64,000 bases of DNA from Candidatus Altiarchaeales archaeon. GTDB taxonomy: Archaea; Altiarchaeota; Altiarchaeia; IMC4; SCGC-AAA252-I15. Positions within the stretch are counted from its first letter, which is position 1, and the number at the start of each line of letters is the position of its first letter. This document shows positions 26,769 through 36,282 of the stretch, in pieces. Where the stretch lies: the NCBI GenBank assembly GCA_014727915.1, contig WJMO01000011.1, positions 1 to 64,000 of the forward strand, given 5' to 3'. A program made the translations under genes and the position numbers. A model generated the notes under the pieces. The model saw only the letters and a program-made list of their open reading frames with translations, was not told the origin of the DNA and made no database searches.

Positions 26769-27782
26769 ATGGGAAAGTCAGGTGCTGCGGTTGTGAGAAG
26801 AGAGCTGAAGCTCGTCGGAGATGACATTGAATTGAACCGTGTGACGGCAGACCAGCTTACAACACAGCAGCTGGAAGAGGTCGGCAGGCTAGACCGTAAG
26901 AGGGCATCATCTGCCGGGCTCAACCCCCTCACATCGGACAAAACAGGGTTGAACGCCCGAATCGCGGGTGTGGAGGGGGAACACCACCTAAAAGAGGGGA
27001 AGCTCAGGGTAGAATCTGACATGGGCTCTAATGTTGACATGCCAGGCAGCCCTACGCAAAGGCATGAATCCCTCCTCTCAGGCAATGTGGATCAGCCGGG
27101 CGTCCACGCTCACCTGGACACGGAGCGCACAACAGACCTGCTGGCAGGCTCCGATGTAAAGGCCGCCTCAGACACGGCGGGTTCGGTGAGGGCGGGGGTC
27201 ATCTCCGAGGGGGGGACAGACCGGCTAACCCCAGCAGCCTCTGAGAGGGTGGCTTACACCGGAGTTTCAACAACACCCGAGGAAGTCATAGTCTCCGCGC
27301 GTGGTAGGGTAAGTCAACTGCCAGAGGTCGGGCGCAAGCTTGGGGATGCGATGTCCGAGCTTGCCAATGACATGATGAAATCAACCGACGGAAGCAGCGT
27401 GGACGACCTGGCAGCGGACTTTGAAAAAGCACATGATATCGTGGAATCCGCGGTGAAGCAGAGGGCGCTGATATCGGATAGGCTGTCCACGCAGGGTGTA
27501 ACAGATGAGGTGGCCCAGGAGCGGCTACTCCGACACCTTGGAATCGCAGCCTTCAAGACCTCCGCCTTCCTGGGGTCGACAGGCACCTTCTTGGATGGAA
27601 AACAGCTCTTGGACCAGACCGTGGCCGTGCTGTCCGGTGAGGAGGAGCGCAGCTGGCAGTCCGACCAGGTGCTTAAGGAGTTCCTGTCCAACCAGGGTAT
27701 ACGGAGGGACCATCCCAACCTGATGAGGTGGATAGAGGGGATGCTCACAGACGAGCAAGGGAGGGGCAGACAGGCAGCTTGA
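26769..27782 (+). CDS. Hypothetical protein immediately upstream of the FtsZ-like gene
   Basis: 337-aa ORF that fills the gap, with its stop 2 nt before the next ATG. No motif recognised. Confidence 0.6.
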   Translation: MGKSGAAVVRRELKLVGDDIELNRVTADQLTTQQLEEVGRLDRKRASSAGLNPLTSDKTGLNARIAGVEGEHHLKEGKLRVESDMGSNVDMPGSPTQRHESLLSGNVDQPGVHAHLDTERTTDLLAGSDVKAASDTAGSVRAGVISEGGTDRLTPAASERVAYTGVSTTPEEVIVSARGRVSQLPEVGRKLGDAMSELANDMMKSTDGSSVDDLAADFEKAHDIVESAVKQRALISDRLSTQGVTDEVAQERLLRHLGIAAFKTSAFLGSTGTFLDGKQLLDQTVAVLSGEEERSWQSDQVLKEFLSNQGIRRDHPNLMRWIEGMLTDEQGRGRQAA

Positions 27783-27784
27783 AG

Positions 27785-28669
27785 ATGTCCAAGATAAAAG
27801 TAGTTGGTGTGGGCGGAAGCGGTTGCGCGACAGCCGAGAAGATGGAGGCCTGCAGCGGATGCCATCTAGTAGCAGTCCACACGGATGCCATGAGCCTCCT
27901 GAAGTACAAGGTCCACGATAAGATACTCGTAGGCAAGGCTGTCACCCGCGGACGGAGCACGGGCAACAACATATCTCTCGGCGAGGAAGCCGCCCTCTCA
28001 GACAGGGACAGGATATCCGAGGTTCTAGGGGACTGTGACGTGGTATTCCTCGTAGCCGGCCTGGGCGGCGGAACGGGCGCAGGGGCGTCGCCGATAGTCG
28101 CTGAAGAGGCCAAAGGACATGGCAGCGCGGTTATAGCGTTCGTTAACATACCCTTCACAGCCGAGGGAAAGGTATGCCGGTCCAATGCGGATAATGGGAT
28201 CAGCCGCCTAAGACCCTTCTGCAACCTGATAGTCGTGGTGGAAAATGACAGGTTCCTCAAACTGGTCCACGACCTCTCCATAAGGGACGCTTTCACCACC
28301 GTCAACCGGATAATACTCGAGGCGGTGACTGGCATGGTGGTGTTGATAGAGGATTCGGGATTGGAGAACATAATGCCCATGCTCAGGGGGTATGCGACAT
28401 TAGGTCATGGCGTCGGCTCCAACCCCCGGAAGGCGTTGAGGGCTGCGTTGGACTCTCCGCTGATAGGCGCGGACATATCAACTGCCTCTGGGGTCCTGCT
28501 GAACTTCACATCCCATTCCAAGTCTGTTGAGGGCATACAGCCCGCCTTGGAGGAGCTGAACTCGAACATATCCTCTGCGGCGGGTGTCGTGTGGACCAAC
28601 ACCGCAGACGACAGCGCCGAAGCGGTGGAGGTCCTGGCGCTCTTCTCAGGCGTTGAATTGACGGTCTGA
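27785..28669 (+). CDS. Short, divergent FtsZ/tubulin-family protein
   Basis: KIKVVGVGGSG, AGLGGGTGAG tubulin signature, PFTAEG and ENDR. The T7-loop NxDxxD motif and the C-terminal tail are absent. Confidence 0.85.
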   Translation: MSKIKVVGVGGSGCATAEKMEACSGCHLVAVHTDAMSLLKYKVHDKILVGKAVTRGRSTGNNISLGEEAALSDRDRISEVLGDCDVVFLVAGLGGGTGAGASPIVAEEAKGHGSAVIAFVNIPFTAEGKVCRSNADNGISRLRPFCNLIVVVENDRFLKLVHDLSIRDAFTTVNRIILEAVTGMVVLIEDSGLENIMPMLRGYATLGHGVGSNPRKALRAALDSPLIGADISTASGVLLNFTSHSKSVEGIQPALEELNSNISSAAGVVWTNTADDSAEAVEVLALFSGVELTV

Positions 28670-28704
28670 ATGCTTTTAAACCGGGATGTTTTATATTCTC
28701 TCAT

Positions 28705-28863
28705 ATGGCCTTCAGCACCAATGAGCTCCTGATAGTCCTTTTGATAATCCTGCTGCTCTTTGGGGGCAGGAAGCTCCCGGAACTGGCTCGTTCCCTGGGC
28801 CTTTCCATGAACGAATTCAAGAAGACCCAGGAAAAGCCCAAGGAGAATACTGCGGAAAAGTGA
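28705..28863 (+). CDS. tatA: Twin-arginine translocase subunit TatA
   Basis: Own translation (52 aa, not in the ORF track): MAFSTNELLIVLLIILLLFGGRKLPELARSLGLSMNEFKKTQEKPKENTAEK. Confidence 0.92.
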   Translation: MAFSTNELLIVLLIILLLFGGRKLPELARSLGLSMNEFKKTQEKPKENTAEK

Positions 28864-29558
28864 AAGCATCCCTGACAGAGCATCTTAAAGAGCTGAGACG
28901 CAGGCTGATATCTGTTTTGTCCGTGTTCGCAATCGCGGCCATCCTATCCTATCCGATCTCCCCTTCACTGCTGTCAAGGGCGAAAGCCGACCTACTCGGC
29001 GACTTAGACCTGGTTGTTTTGGGGCCTCAGGAGGCGCTTATGATATACGTGAAGGTTTCGGTGCTGCTGGGTTTCGCCTTCACCATGCCCGTGCTCACCT
29101 ATCATGTATGGGCGTTCATATCACCAGGCCTCCTAAAGAAGGAGAAGGAGTTCATCGCATACCTTGTGCTGCCTTCCGCCTTACTCTTCGCGTCCGGGCT
29201 GCTCTTCGGATACTATGCCCTACTCCCGGTGGCGTTGAAGTTCCTGATAGCCTCCGCGCAGCCCCTGGCAACCCCCATGCTGTCATTGGATCACACCTTC
29301 ACATTCATCGTGTCGATACTGTTGGCTTTGGGTGTCATATTCCAGCTTCCCCTGGTAACAGCCGCCCTAGCCAGGCTCGGCCTCCTCGATTCCCGTGCCC
29401 TGTCCAGGTACAGGAGGCATTCTATCGTAGTGATACTGCTGGTGTCTGCGATGGTCACCGACCCGAGCGTCGTGACCCAGCTCCTCCTTGCCGTGCCGAT
29501 GATAATACTGTATGAGGTCGGCATTTTTACGTCTAAACTCGCAGGTGGTAATGGATGA
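28860..29558 (+). CDS. tatC: Twin-arginine translocase subunit TatC
   Basis: LTEHLKELRRRL, WAFISPGLLKKEK, FQLP and LYEVGI motifs. Confidence 0.95.
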   Translation: MKASLTEHLKELRRRLISVLSVFAIAAILSYPISPSLLSRAKADLLGDLDLVVLGPQEALMIYVKVSVLLGFAFTMPVLTYHVWAFISPGLLKKEKEFIAYLVLPSALLFASGLLFGYYALLPVALKFLIASAQPLATPMLSLDHTFTFIVSILLALGVIFQLPLVTAALARLGLLDSRALSRYRRHSIVVILLVSAMVTDPSVVTQLLLAVPMIILYEVGIFTSKLAGGNG

Positions 29559-29701
29559 TCAGCACGCTTGAGCTAATTGTGGCTTTCATAATCTTGTTGG
29601 TGCTCTTCGGCCCTGAGCGTCTGCCTGAGATGGCACGCGAGGCTGGGAATGCTGTGAGAGAGCTTAGGGAGGCGTTTTATGGGAAGGAACTCAAGGGCTA
29701 G
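29555..29701 (+). CDS. Second TatA/TatB-family subunit (TatB-like FGPERLP)
   Basis: Own translation: MISTLELIVAFIILLVLFGPERLPEMAREAGNAVRELREAFYGKELKG. It has an ATGA overlap with tatC. Confidence 0.85.
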   Translation: MISTLELIVAFIILLVLFGPERLPEMAREAGNAVRELREAFYGKELKG

Positions 29702-30431
29702 CGTTTTATTGGCTGCTGTCCTGCTGTCGGGCTGTGTCACAAGCGACATAATGGACTCTGAATATCACCTTCCTGACAGGGCGTGCAGGTCATACGACAA
29801 CGACTGGTTCGAGAGGGGTTTCACCAGGATGCCGGCGTGCTCGATGAACGTTTACGCGTGCATGAAAGAGTGCGAGTCAAGGTCGTCTGCGGGCGAGGGC
29901 CTCTCAAGCCCTGCATGCATCATGGACGGCGTGAGATACAACAACTTCACACAACGGGATTGGGCGTGCGCGGTAGGTGACGGGAGCACATGCAGTTTAT
30001 ACCAATCAGGCGAGGCCGAGAACCTCATACTTCTGGACGAAGAATGCGATCCTGTGGATGTGACATACGACCTTGAAGTTGTTACCGCATACGCCGACGG
30101 GTCAGAGTACCGTTTCGGCGATGAATTGACGGTTACCGTGCTCAACTTGGAGCCTGAGAAGGTATGCCTGGGCTCGTGCAATACCATCTACTATCAGAGA
30201 AAGATCGGCGCCGCATGGGACGACTACATGGTAACGTGCATTGCAAACTTCATCTCTGACTGCATCGAACCCGGCGACAGCAGGGGGCTGGCTCAGACGC
30301 TGGTGAAGGTTGGCGACATGGGGGAGGGAACCTACAGGGTTGCAGTCCCAGTATACTATGGTTGTCCGGACGACGAGATGCCCTGCGAGGAGATGAAAAT
30401 AAAGTACACTGGAGAATTCAAAATAGTTTGA
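29679..30431 (+). CDS. Cys-rich putative lipoprotein with an Ig-like C-terminal domain
   Basis: Lipobox LLSGC. The C-terminus has Y.FGDELTVTV.N...IEPGDSR...GTYRV. Confidence 0.65.
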   Translation: MGRNSRASVLLAAVLLSGCVTSDIMDSEYHLPDRACRSYDNDWFERGFTRMPACSMNVYACMKECESRSSAGEGLSSPACIMDGVRYNNFTQRDWACAVGDGSTCSLYQSGEAENLILLDEECDPVDVTYDLEVVTAYADGSEYRFGDELTVTVLNLEPEKVCLGSCNTIYYQRKIGAAWDDYMVTCIANFISDCIEPGDSRGLAQTLVKVGDMGEGTYRVAVPVYYGCPDDEMPCEEMKIKYTGEFKIV

Positions 30432-30453
30432 GAAAAAACCGTTTTTTTACATA

Positions 30454-32040
30454 TTATTTGAAGCCTTCCTGGTGGAATTCCTGGGCCTGGTATGTGAGCA
30501 CCTCGCTTGTCCTCCAGCAGTTCGCAGGGCTTCCCTGCTTGAGGCAGAGGTGGCTTAGGAACTCCTCCTTGTCCGGCAGCTGCTCCCATACTACTGGCAG
30601 GTACGTGGATTGTCTCATCCCGTTCTTCAATATGACGCCGTCTACTCCGGGTATCAGCTTGGCCAGCAGGTCCTCCGGGCTGTCGTAGTGCAGCTCCTTC
30701 GGCTCCGAGAGCACGGATATCTCGATCCGCACGTCTTCCAGCTCGTCCTCTCGCACCGGCTTGAACCTGCTGTCATGCAATGCCGCATTCAAGGTGTTCT
30801 CCATCACGCACTCGTGCAGCTTCCTCATCGGCGCCAGGTGTCCGATGCACCCCCTCAGCTCGCCGTCCTTGTTCAATGTGACGAAGCAGCCTTTGACCTC
30901 ACGCAGCTTCGGGGGAAGGCTGCTGTAGTCGTACTTCATCTCTACTCCGCTGTAGTGGCTCTCCAATGCCTTTTGCGCCAGGTCCAACAGCAATTCCTGC
31001 TCTTCAGCATTCAGCCCGTCGTAGAATCCTATGGACGCATAACCTACCACGCCGTTGCTCGCGTCGCCTGACGTGTCCCCGGAGTTCCGGTAGTCGAACT
31101 TCATAGTCCTCCATCCCCTCTCATATGCCATCAGCATCAATGCCATGGTGGGTATCTTCCCGCAGCAGTCACCCTCCCGTGCCATCTTCACATAGTCCAA
31201 GCCGACTATCGCTTCTATGGTTTTCTCGTCCAGGCCCACTGCCTCGTCGTATTCGTGGTAGTGGCTGAGGTCCGTTGACGCTATTACCAGCGTGTCTTCG
31301 TCCACGTACTTTTCCAAGGCTGCCGCTAGAACTTTGGGGTCGACGTCACCGACCACTACTGGTATGAGCTTGAACGGGGGTAGAACCTTCTGGAGGAAGG
31401 GTACCTGGACTTCGACGCTGTGCTCTCTTTCATGGGCTTCGGGCTCGTAGGTGAACACGTCCTCCTCTAGCATCTCCTTTACCTTCGGCGATACTGGGAC
31501 GTCGCCTAAGGGCGTCTTGTAGAAGTCCGCGTCCGCTATGGAGGCGCCCTTTAGGTAGTGCCTGTGGCTTGGGCCCATCACTATCACGGTCTCGTACCTG
31601 CTGTTCATCAGCTGCCGGTACCCGTAGGCGGCAACCTGCCCTGAGAACCTGTAACCCGCGTGGGGTGAGATCAGACCCCGTATGCCATATACTCCGGGAT
31701 AGTCCTCGGCGTCTCCGAGGTAGCGGTCTATGTCATCTGAAAGCTTGTGGGGTTCGCTCGCATAGAAAGCCCCCGCGACCGCCGGCCTTCGGTATGTGGG
31801 GGTCAACGTCGTGGAGGTGCCGGTTATGTTGCCCCTCTCCCCGGAGATGTCCGCGGACCCTGCCTGGTTGAATATCACATATGCCATCACCGCGGTCACG
31901 ATGATGATGCCGCCAACCAGTATGGCGTCCATGACCCGGTCACCCTCTTTGCCCTTCTTTTTCTTAACCTGCCTCTCCTTGGCTTCTGTCTTCTTCCCCT
32001 TGTCCTTCTTCTTCTTCTTCCTGCTCATATGTGAACCCAT
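30454..32040 (-). CDS. Membrane-anchored AmmeMemoRadiSam protein B (MEMO1) - protein A (AMMECR1) fusion
   Basis: MEMO1 motifs RRPAVAGAFY, PHAGYRFSG, EHSVEVQVPFLQ, ASTDLSHY, NSGD and VVGYAS. AMMECR1 motifs FVTL...ELRGCIG, AALHDSRF, EISVLS, TYLPVVWEQ and LCLKQG. N-terminal Lys-rich segment followed by a TM. Confidence 0.92.
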   Translation of the reverse strand: MGSHMSRKKKKKDKGKKTEAKERQVKKKKGKEGDRVMDAILVGGIIIVTAVMAYVIFNQAGSADISGERGNITGTSTTLTPTYRRPAVAGAFYASEPHKLSDDIDRYLGDAEDYPGVYGIRGLISPHAGYRFSGQVAAYGYRQLMNSRYETVIVMGPSHRHYLKGASIADADFYKTPLGDVPVSPKVKEMLEEDVFTYEPEAHEREHSVEVQVPFLQKVLPPFKLIPVVVGDVDPKVLAAALEKYVDEDTLVIASTDLSHYHEYDEAVGLDEKTIEAIVGLDYVKMAREGDCCGKIPTMALMLMAYERGWRTMKFDYRNSGDTSGDASNGVVGYASIGFYDGLNAEEQELLLDLAQKALESHYSGVEMKYDYSSLPPKLREVKGCFVTLNKDGELRGCIGHLAPMRKLHECVMENTLNAALHDSRFKPVREDELEDVRIEISVLSEPKELHYDSPEDLLAKLIPGVDGVILKNGMRQSTYLPVVWEQLPDKEEFLSHLCLKQGSPANCWRTSEVLTYQAQEFHQEGFK

Positions 32041-32096
32041 TATTCAAACAGATATTAATATCGGGCTTTTTATAGCCTATATTGTATTTGTATTAT

Positions 32097-32540
32097 ATGC
32101 CTTCCGCCGGTGAGGTCCTGAAGAATGCTGTCATGTGGGAGGTGAAGGCATATGAATTCTACATGCGCGCGTCTGAGGAGGTTGGGAACCAGTCCTTGAA
32201 GGGGCTTCTCCTGGGCCTGGCGGGCGAGGAGCTTAAGCACAAGGAGATGATCGACCGGTTGGACGTTGGGAACATCGGCGTGAGGACTTGTGGTATAGAC
32301 TTCATAGACCTCGTAGGCGAGTTTGGATCCAACACGTATGAAATCCGCAAGTCAGCCGCCCGGGTTCTCGAGTTCGCGATGGACAAGGAGCGGAAGGCCG
32401 AGGAAAAGTACAGGCGGCTATCGCTTGAATTGGACGATCCCGAGGCCAAGAAGGTCTGTGAAGTTCTTGCGGCCGCCGAGAACTGCCACTTTAGCCTTAT
32501 AGCCGCAGAGCTCGGAAGACTACACCGGAAAAGCGTGTGA
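32097..32540 (+). CDS. Rubrerythrin/ferritin-like protein
   Basis: E..AYEFY...LAGEELKHKE and E...A...Y...LAAAENCH di-iron pattern. Confidence 0.8.
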   Translation: MPSAGEVLKNAVMWEVKAYEFYMRASEEVGNQSLKGLLLGLAGEELKHKEMIDRLDVGNIGVRTCGIDFIDLVGEFGSNTYEIRKSAARVLEFAMDKERKAEEKYRRLSLELDDPEAKKVCEVLAAAENCHFSLIAAELGRLHRKSV

Positions 32541-32625
32541 TTTCATCTTTCAACGTTCTTTTGTTTTTTAAGTTGTCATTCACTGTCTTTTCTACTTTTC
32601 GATTTCAAATTAGAGAGTGTTCAAC

Positions 32626-33912
32626 ATGAAGAATCGTTGGTTGGTTGTTATAGGAGCTTTGATAATACAGTTGTGTCTTGGAGCCATCTACAGTTGGAGC
32701 GTCTTCACCAAAGACCTCACCACCCCCTTGGCGGAGGGTGGCGTGTATGGGTTCTCCGCCTCCCAGGCTGCGTGGATATTCTCGGCGGGCCTGGCCACCT
32801 TCGCGGTGGTGATGGTGTTGGCTGGTCGCATGCAGGCCAAGATCGGGCCCAAGCCCATCGCAATGGCAGGCGGTGTCGTGTTGGGCGCGGGCTACATCCT
32901 CGGCGGACTCTTCGGCAGCTCGTTCATCAACCAGCTCCTGTTCATCGGAGTGGTCGGCGGCGCGGGCATAGGGCTAGCGTATGTGGTCCCCATCGCAGTT
33001 GGTGTGAAGTGGTTCCCTGACAAGAAGGGAATGATAACTGGACTTGCAGTTTCTGGATTCGGATTTGGAGCGACCCTATGGGTGAAGCTCGCAGGCGAAT
33101 GGGGCGGGCTGCTGGCTAACGTCAGCCTCTTCGGACTGCCCGGAGTTCAGAGCGTCTTCATCATATACGGTGTTATATTCCTGGTTTTGGTGGTTTTGGC
33201 TAGTGTTGTGATGGTTAACCCCCCAGAGGGGTATAGGCCTGCGGGTTGGGAGCCTCCCAAGGCAACAGAGGCTGCGACCGGATCTGTCGAGTTCACAAGC
33301 GGCGAGATGCTACGGACACCCCAGTTCTTCATGCTGTTCCTCGCGTTCCTAGGCTCCGCGTTGGCCGGGTTGATGGTCATCTCCTGCATCAAACTGTTCG
33401 GGATAGACGCGTTGACGGCAAGCGGGGCAGCCCCTGACGTGGCAAAAGCCGGAGCGATAGCGGGCACTGCCATGGCAATATACGCGATACTCAACGGGTT
33501 GGGAAGGATAGTCTGGGGAACTGTGTCCGACAGAATAGGGAGGAAGAACGCGCTGTTCCTCATGTGCCTACTACAGGGCGTTATAATGTTCTTCTTCTAC
33601 CGTATGGGCTCGTCTGAACTCGGCCTTATCGCTGGCGCGAGCATAATCGGCTTCAACTTCGGAGGGAACTTCGCGTTGTTCCCGGCTGCGACGGCCGACT
33701 TCTTCGGCAACAAGAACGTGGGCTCCAACTATGGCTGGGTTTTCCTCGCCTACGGTTTCGCAGGCATTGCCGGGCCTCAGATAGCGGGCTACTTCAAGGA
33801 CACGGCACAGGGCGACGTCACAGCGTGGACGAACCCGTTCATGATAGCCAGCGCGGCGTGCATAGTTGCGGCGGTCATCGTGTTGATGCTGAGGAGGCCG
33901 AGGAGCGGGTAG
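32626..33912 (+). CDS. OFA-family MFS transporter (oxalate/formate antiporter-like)
   Basis: LGAIYSWSVF, KWFPDKKG..TGLAV.GFG and NGLGRI.WG..SDRIGR motifs. Confidence 0.9.
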   Translation: MKNRWLVVIGALIIQLCLGAIYSWSVFTKDLTTPLAEGGVYGFSASQAAWIFSAGLATFAVVMVLAGRMQAKIGPKPIAMAGGVVLGAGYILGGLFGSSFINQLLFIGVVGGAGIGLAYVVPIAVGVKWFPDKKGMITGLAVSGFGFGATLWVKLAGEWGGLLANVSLFGLPGVQSVFIIYGVIFLVLVVLASVVMVNPPEGYRPAGWEPPKATEAATGSVEFTSGEMLRTPQFFMLFLAFLGSALAGLMVISCIKLFGIDALTASGAAPDVAKAGAIAGTAMAIYAILNGLGRIVWGTVSDRIGRKNALFLMCLLQGVIMFFFYRMGSSELGLIAGASIIGFNFGGNFALFPAATADFFGNKNVGSNYGWVFLAYGFAGIAGPQIAGYFKDTAQGDVTAWTNPFMIASAACIVAAVIVLMLRRPRSG

Positions 33913-33916
33913 GTTC

Positions 33917-35455
33917 TCATTCGGGGTGTGCGCCAGCAGCCTCTTTCCGGTGGACATACCCCATCGTACCCCACCACGTGTCCACAGAGCATACCAGCTC
34001 TCCACCATCGTATCCTCTGATGTCGTTGAAGGCGTAGTAGTCTCCTTCTTCTGTGGTGGTGGTATCTATCCTCTTCCTGTCTTCGGGGGGCAGGGAGTCT
34101 ACTCCATACTCGCCGACCCACCTGAAAGTGCGAACCCTTATCCTGTCCCGGCCGTCCAGTTCGAGGATCCTCTCATAGGATTCCCGGTATGACAGTCCCC
34201 AGTAGTCGAGGGGGAAACTGTCCTGTGTTTCTCCGAAGAGGCCCGCGGCGAAGTTGAAGTAGGCCATCTCATACGGGTGGTTCGCGGCCATGGTATAGGC
34301 GGTGCAGAGCGAGCTTGCGGTTATGAGCAGAGCCACTGCTGCCGATCTTCCGCGCCGGCCATCCGCCCACACTTTCACCTGCCTCAACCCTTCCATGGAT
34401 ATCATCATGAACGCGGGGTAGACGAGATAATGGTGGCGCCAGCCGTTGTATAATGTGACCTTGAATATCATCGTGGAGGCCAGGGGTATGATGAGCCATA
34501 GCAGGAAAACAAGGGTGTTCCGCTTCTCCCTGCTCCATCCCCTCTCAGTCAGATGGCGGGCTGCCGCTCCCAAACCCGCTGTGAAGAGGATGATGTACAG
34601 TGGTGGTGTGGTGATTAGCATCCATGCCGGCGTGTAATGCCATGGGGGCATCGCGTCCCTTATAGTCTCTCCGAAGTAGAGGTATGTGAAAGGGTAGAAC
34701 AGGTCTTTGGCGGAGGCGAAGCTGGAAACGAACCCTCCGACGGGATCGTCCCAGATCATCGGCCAGAACATGTACGCGAGCAGTAGCGTCATAACAGCAT
34801 ATGCTACTCCTGCCTTCCGCCCGCTCTTCCCGTATGCTAGGGTCAATGCAAGTGTCAGGACGGGTATGGCGGCTCCGAAGTTGCGGATGCCTATCAACAC
34901 CGCAGAGGACACTGAGTGGGTCAGCGCCCATTTGATGTCCCTCTCGTCCAGGAACCTTAGCATGGTGTATGCGCATGCCGTGAACATGGTCATCGTGGGT
35001 ATGTCAACGGAGTTGTAGAATCCGTGGGCGAATATCCTGGGCGTCAACACGATGAACAACGAACCTGCCAGGGCGATCTTAGGGCTTTTGAAGTGGTAGT
35101 TGCATAGGATGTAGAAGAACAGAATCCCTGTCCAATATGACATGAAGGTCAGGAGGTGCCTGAGGTACGTCACATCCCTGGTGTCTTCGACCCCTGCCGA
35201 TTTCTCGGCGGCTGCCAGCGTCAGCTCGAAAAGGGGGCCGTGTATCATGCAGTGGCTTTGGTCGAGGAAGGGGTCATATTCTCCCTCCATGATTAGGTTG
35301 TACACTGCAGTTCCGAATCGGCGGTTGTTCCTCTGATCCCAGTGGGTGCCGTAGTCCGTGTAGGTGGTCAGGCCCAGTAGGAGCAGGAGGGCGAAGAATA
35401 GGACGCTCAATTTCTTCCAGCCGCCTTTGCCGATCCCCGGGATGGGATGTTCCAT
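33917..35455 (-). CDS. GT-C fold membrane glycosyltransferase (PMT/ArnT, GT39-like)
   Basis: Multi-TM protein with DYGTHWDQ, PRIFAHGFYNSVD, PWHY, YNGWRH and DYWG motifs. Confidence 0.75.
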   Translation of the reverse strand: MEHPIPGIGKGGWKKLSVLFFALLLLLGLTTYTDYGTHWDQRNNRRFGTAVYNLIMEGEYDPFLDQSHCMIHGPLFELTLAAAEKSAGVEDTRDVTYLRHLLTFMSYWTGILFFYILCNYHFKSPKIALAGSLFIVLTPRIFAHGFYNSVDIPTMTMFTACAYTMLRFLDERDIKWALTHSVSSAVLIGIRNFGAAIPVLTLALTLAYGKSGRKAGVAYAVMTLLLAYMFWPMIWDDPVGGFVSSFASAKDLFYPFTYLYFGETIRDAMPPWHYTPAWMLITTPPLYIILFTAGLGAAARHLTERGWSREKRNTLVFLLWLIIPLASTMIFKVTLYNGWRHHYLVYPAFMMISMEGLRQVKVWADGRRGRSAAVALLITASSLCTAYTMAANHPYEMAYFNFAAGLFGETQDSFPLDYWGLSYRESYERILELDGRDRIRVRTFRWVGEYGVDSLPPEDRKRIDTTTTEEGDYYAFNDIRGYDGGELVCSVDTWWGTMGYVHRKEAAGAHPE

Positions 35456-35535
35456 TCCGTTAGATTAAATGGTTTTCTAAAGTATAATACCCCGGCCTTG
35501 CATCGCTTTTTTACCGGTATTTTTAAGTGAATAAC

Positions 35536-36282
35536 ATGGTGGATGTGGTCGTAGTGATGGGCGTTGGCTTGATAGTCCTGTTGTCATACTTCCTCAGGAC
35601 GTTGACAGGGTTTGGGAGCGCTCTCATCGCCATGCCCTTCCTGGTCCTGTTGTTCTCGGACCTCCGGTTCGTAGTCCCGTTGTTCGCGGCCATCGAATTG
35701 TTGAACGGGTATCTCAACTACAGGGGCTCCGCGGCCAGGGCTAAGTTCTCGGATTACAAGGCCACCTTCAGCATGGTATTTGTCGGCACCGTTATCGGAT
35801 GTCTGCTGTTGAGGTTCGCTCCAGAGAACGTCCTCCGGTTCTTCTTTGCATTGTTCCTGCTGGCATTCGCAGTCAAGTTGTATTTTGGCTCCGGTTTCAA
35901 GCTGCCCGGCTATGGGCTTGTGGACGTGGGTTTCTATCCTCTCATCGGGGGTTTGTTGTTCGGCGTCTACAACACCGGCCGTCCGGTCGTTCTGAGCTGG
36001 CTGTCCAAGAGGCCGCTTGAGAAGCCATTGACGGAGGAATCGCTCGCTTCGCTGTTCTTCTTCAAGAGCGTTTTCCAGGTGGCGTTGTTCATCGTCCTGG
36101 GCCTGCTGGGCTTCAGCGTGCTGGCATATCTGATATTGGCTGTTCCGATGCTGTTGCTGGCCAGGTTCCTGGCTGCGTCGACGCCCAATCACCTGGACGA
36201 CCGCATGGTTTCAGGTGGTGCGTCGGCGGTGTTCGCCGCGGTGGCCTTGCTGATAGTCTTCATGCTGGTCGCGCAGGGGTGA
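35536..36282 (+). CDS. TauE/SafE (TSUP) sulfite-exporter-family protein
   Basis: TGFGSALIAMP and a multi-TM layout with GGLLFGVYNTGRP. Confidence 0.75.
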   Translation: MVDVVVVMGVGLIVLLSYFLRTLTGFGSALIAMPFLVLLFSDLRFVVPLFAAIELLNGYLNYRGSAARAKFSDYKATFSMVFVGTVIGCLLLRFAPENVLRFFFALFLLAFAVKLYFGSGFKLPGYGLVDVGFYPLIGGLLFGVYNTGRPVVLSWLSKRPLEKPLTEESLASLFFFKSVFQVALFIVLGLLGFSVLAYLILAVPMLLLARFLAASTPNHLDDRMVSGGASAVFAAVALLIVFMLVAQG

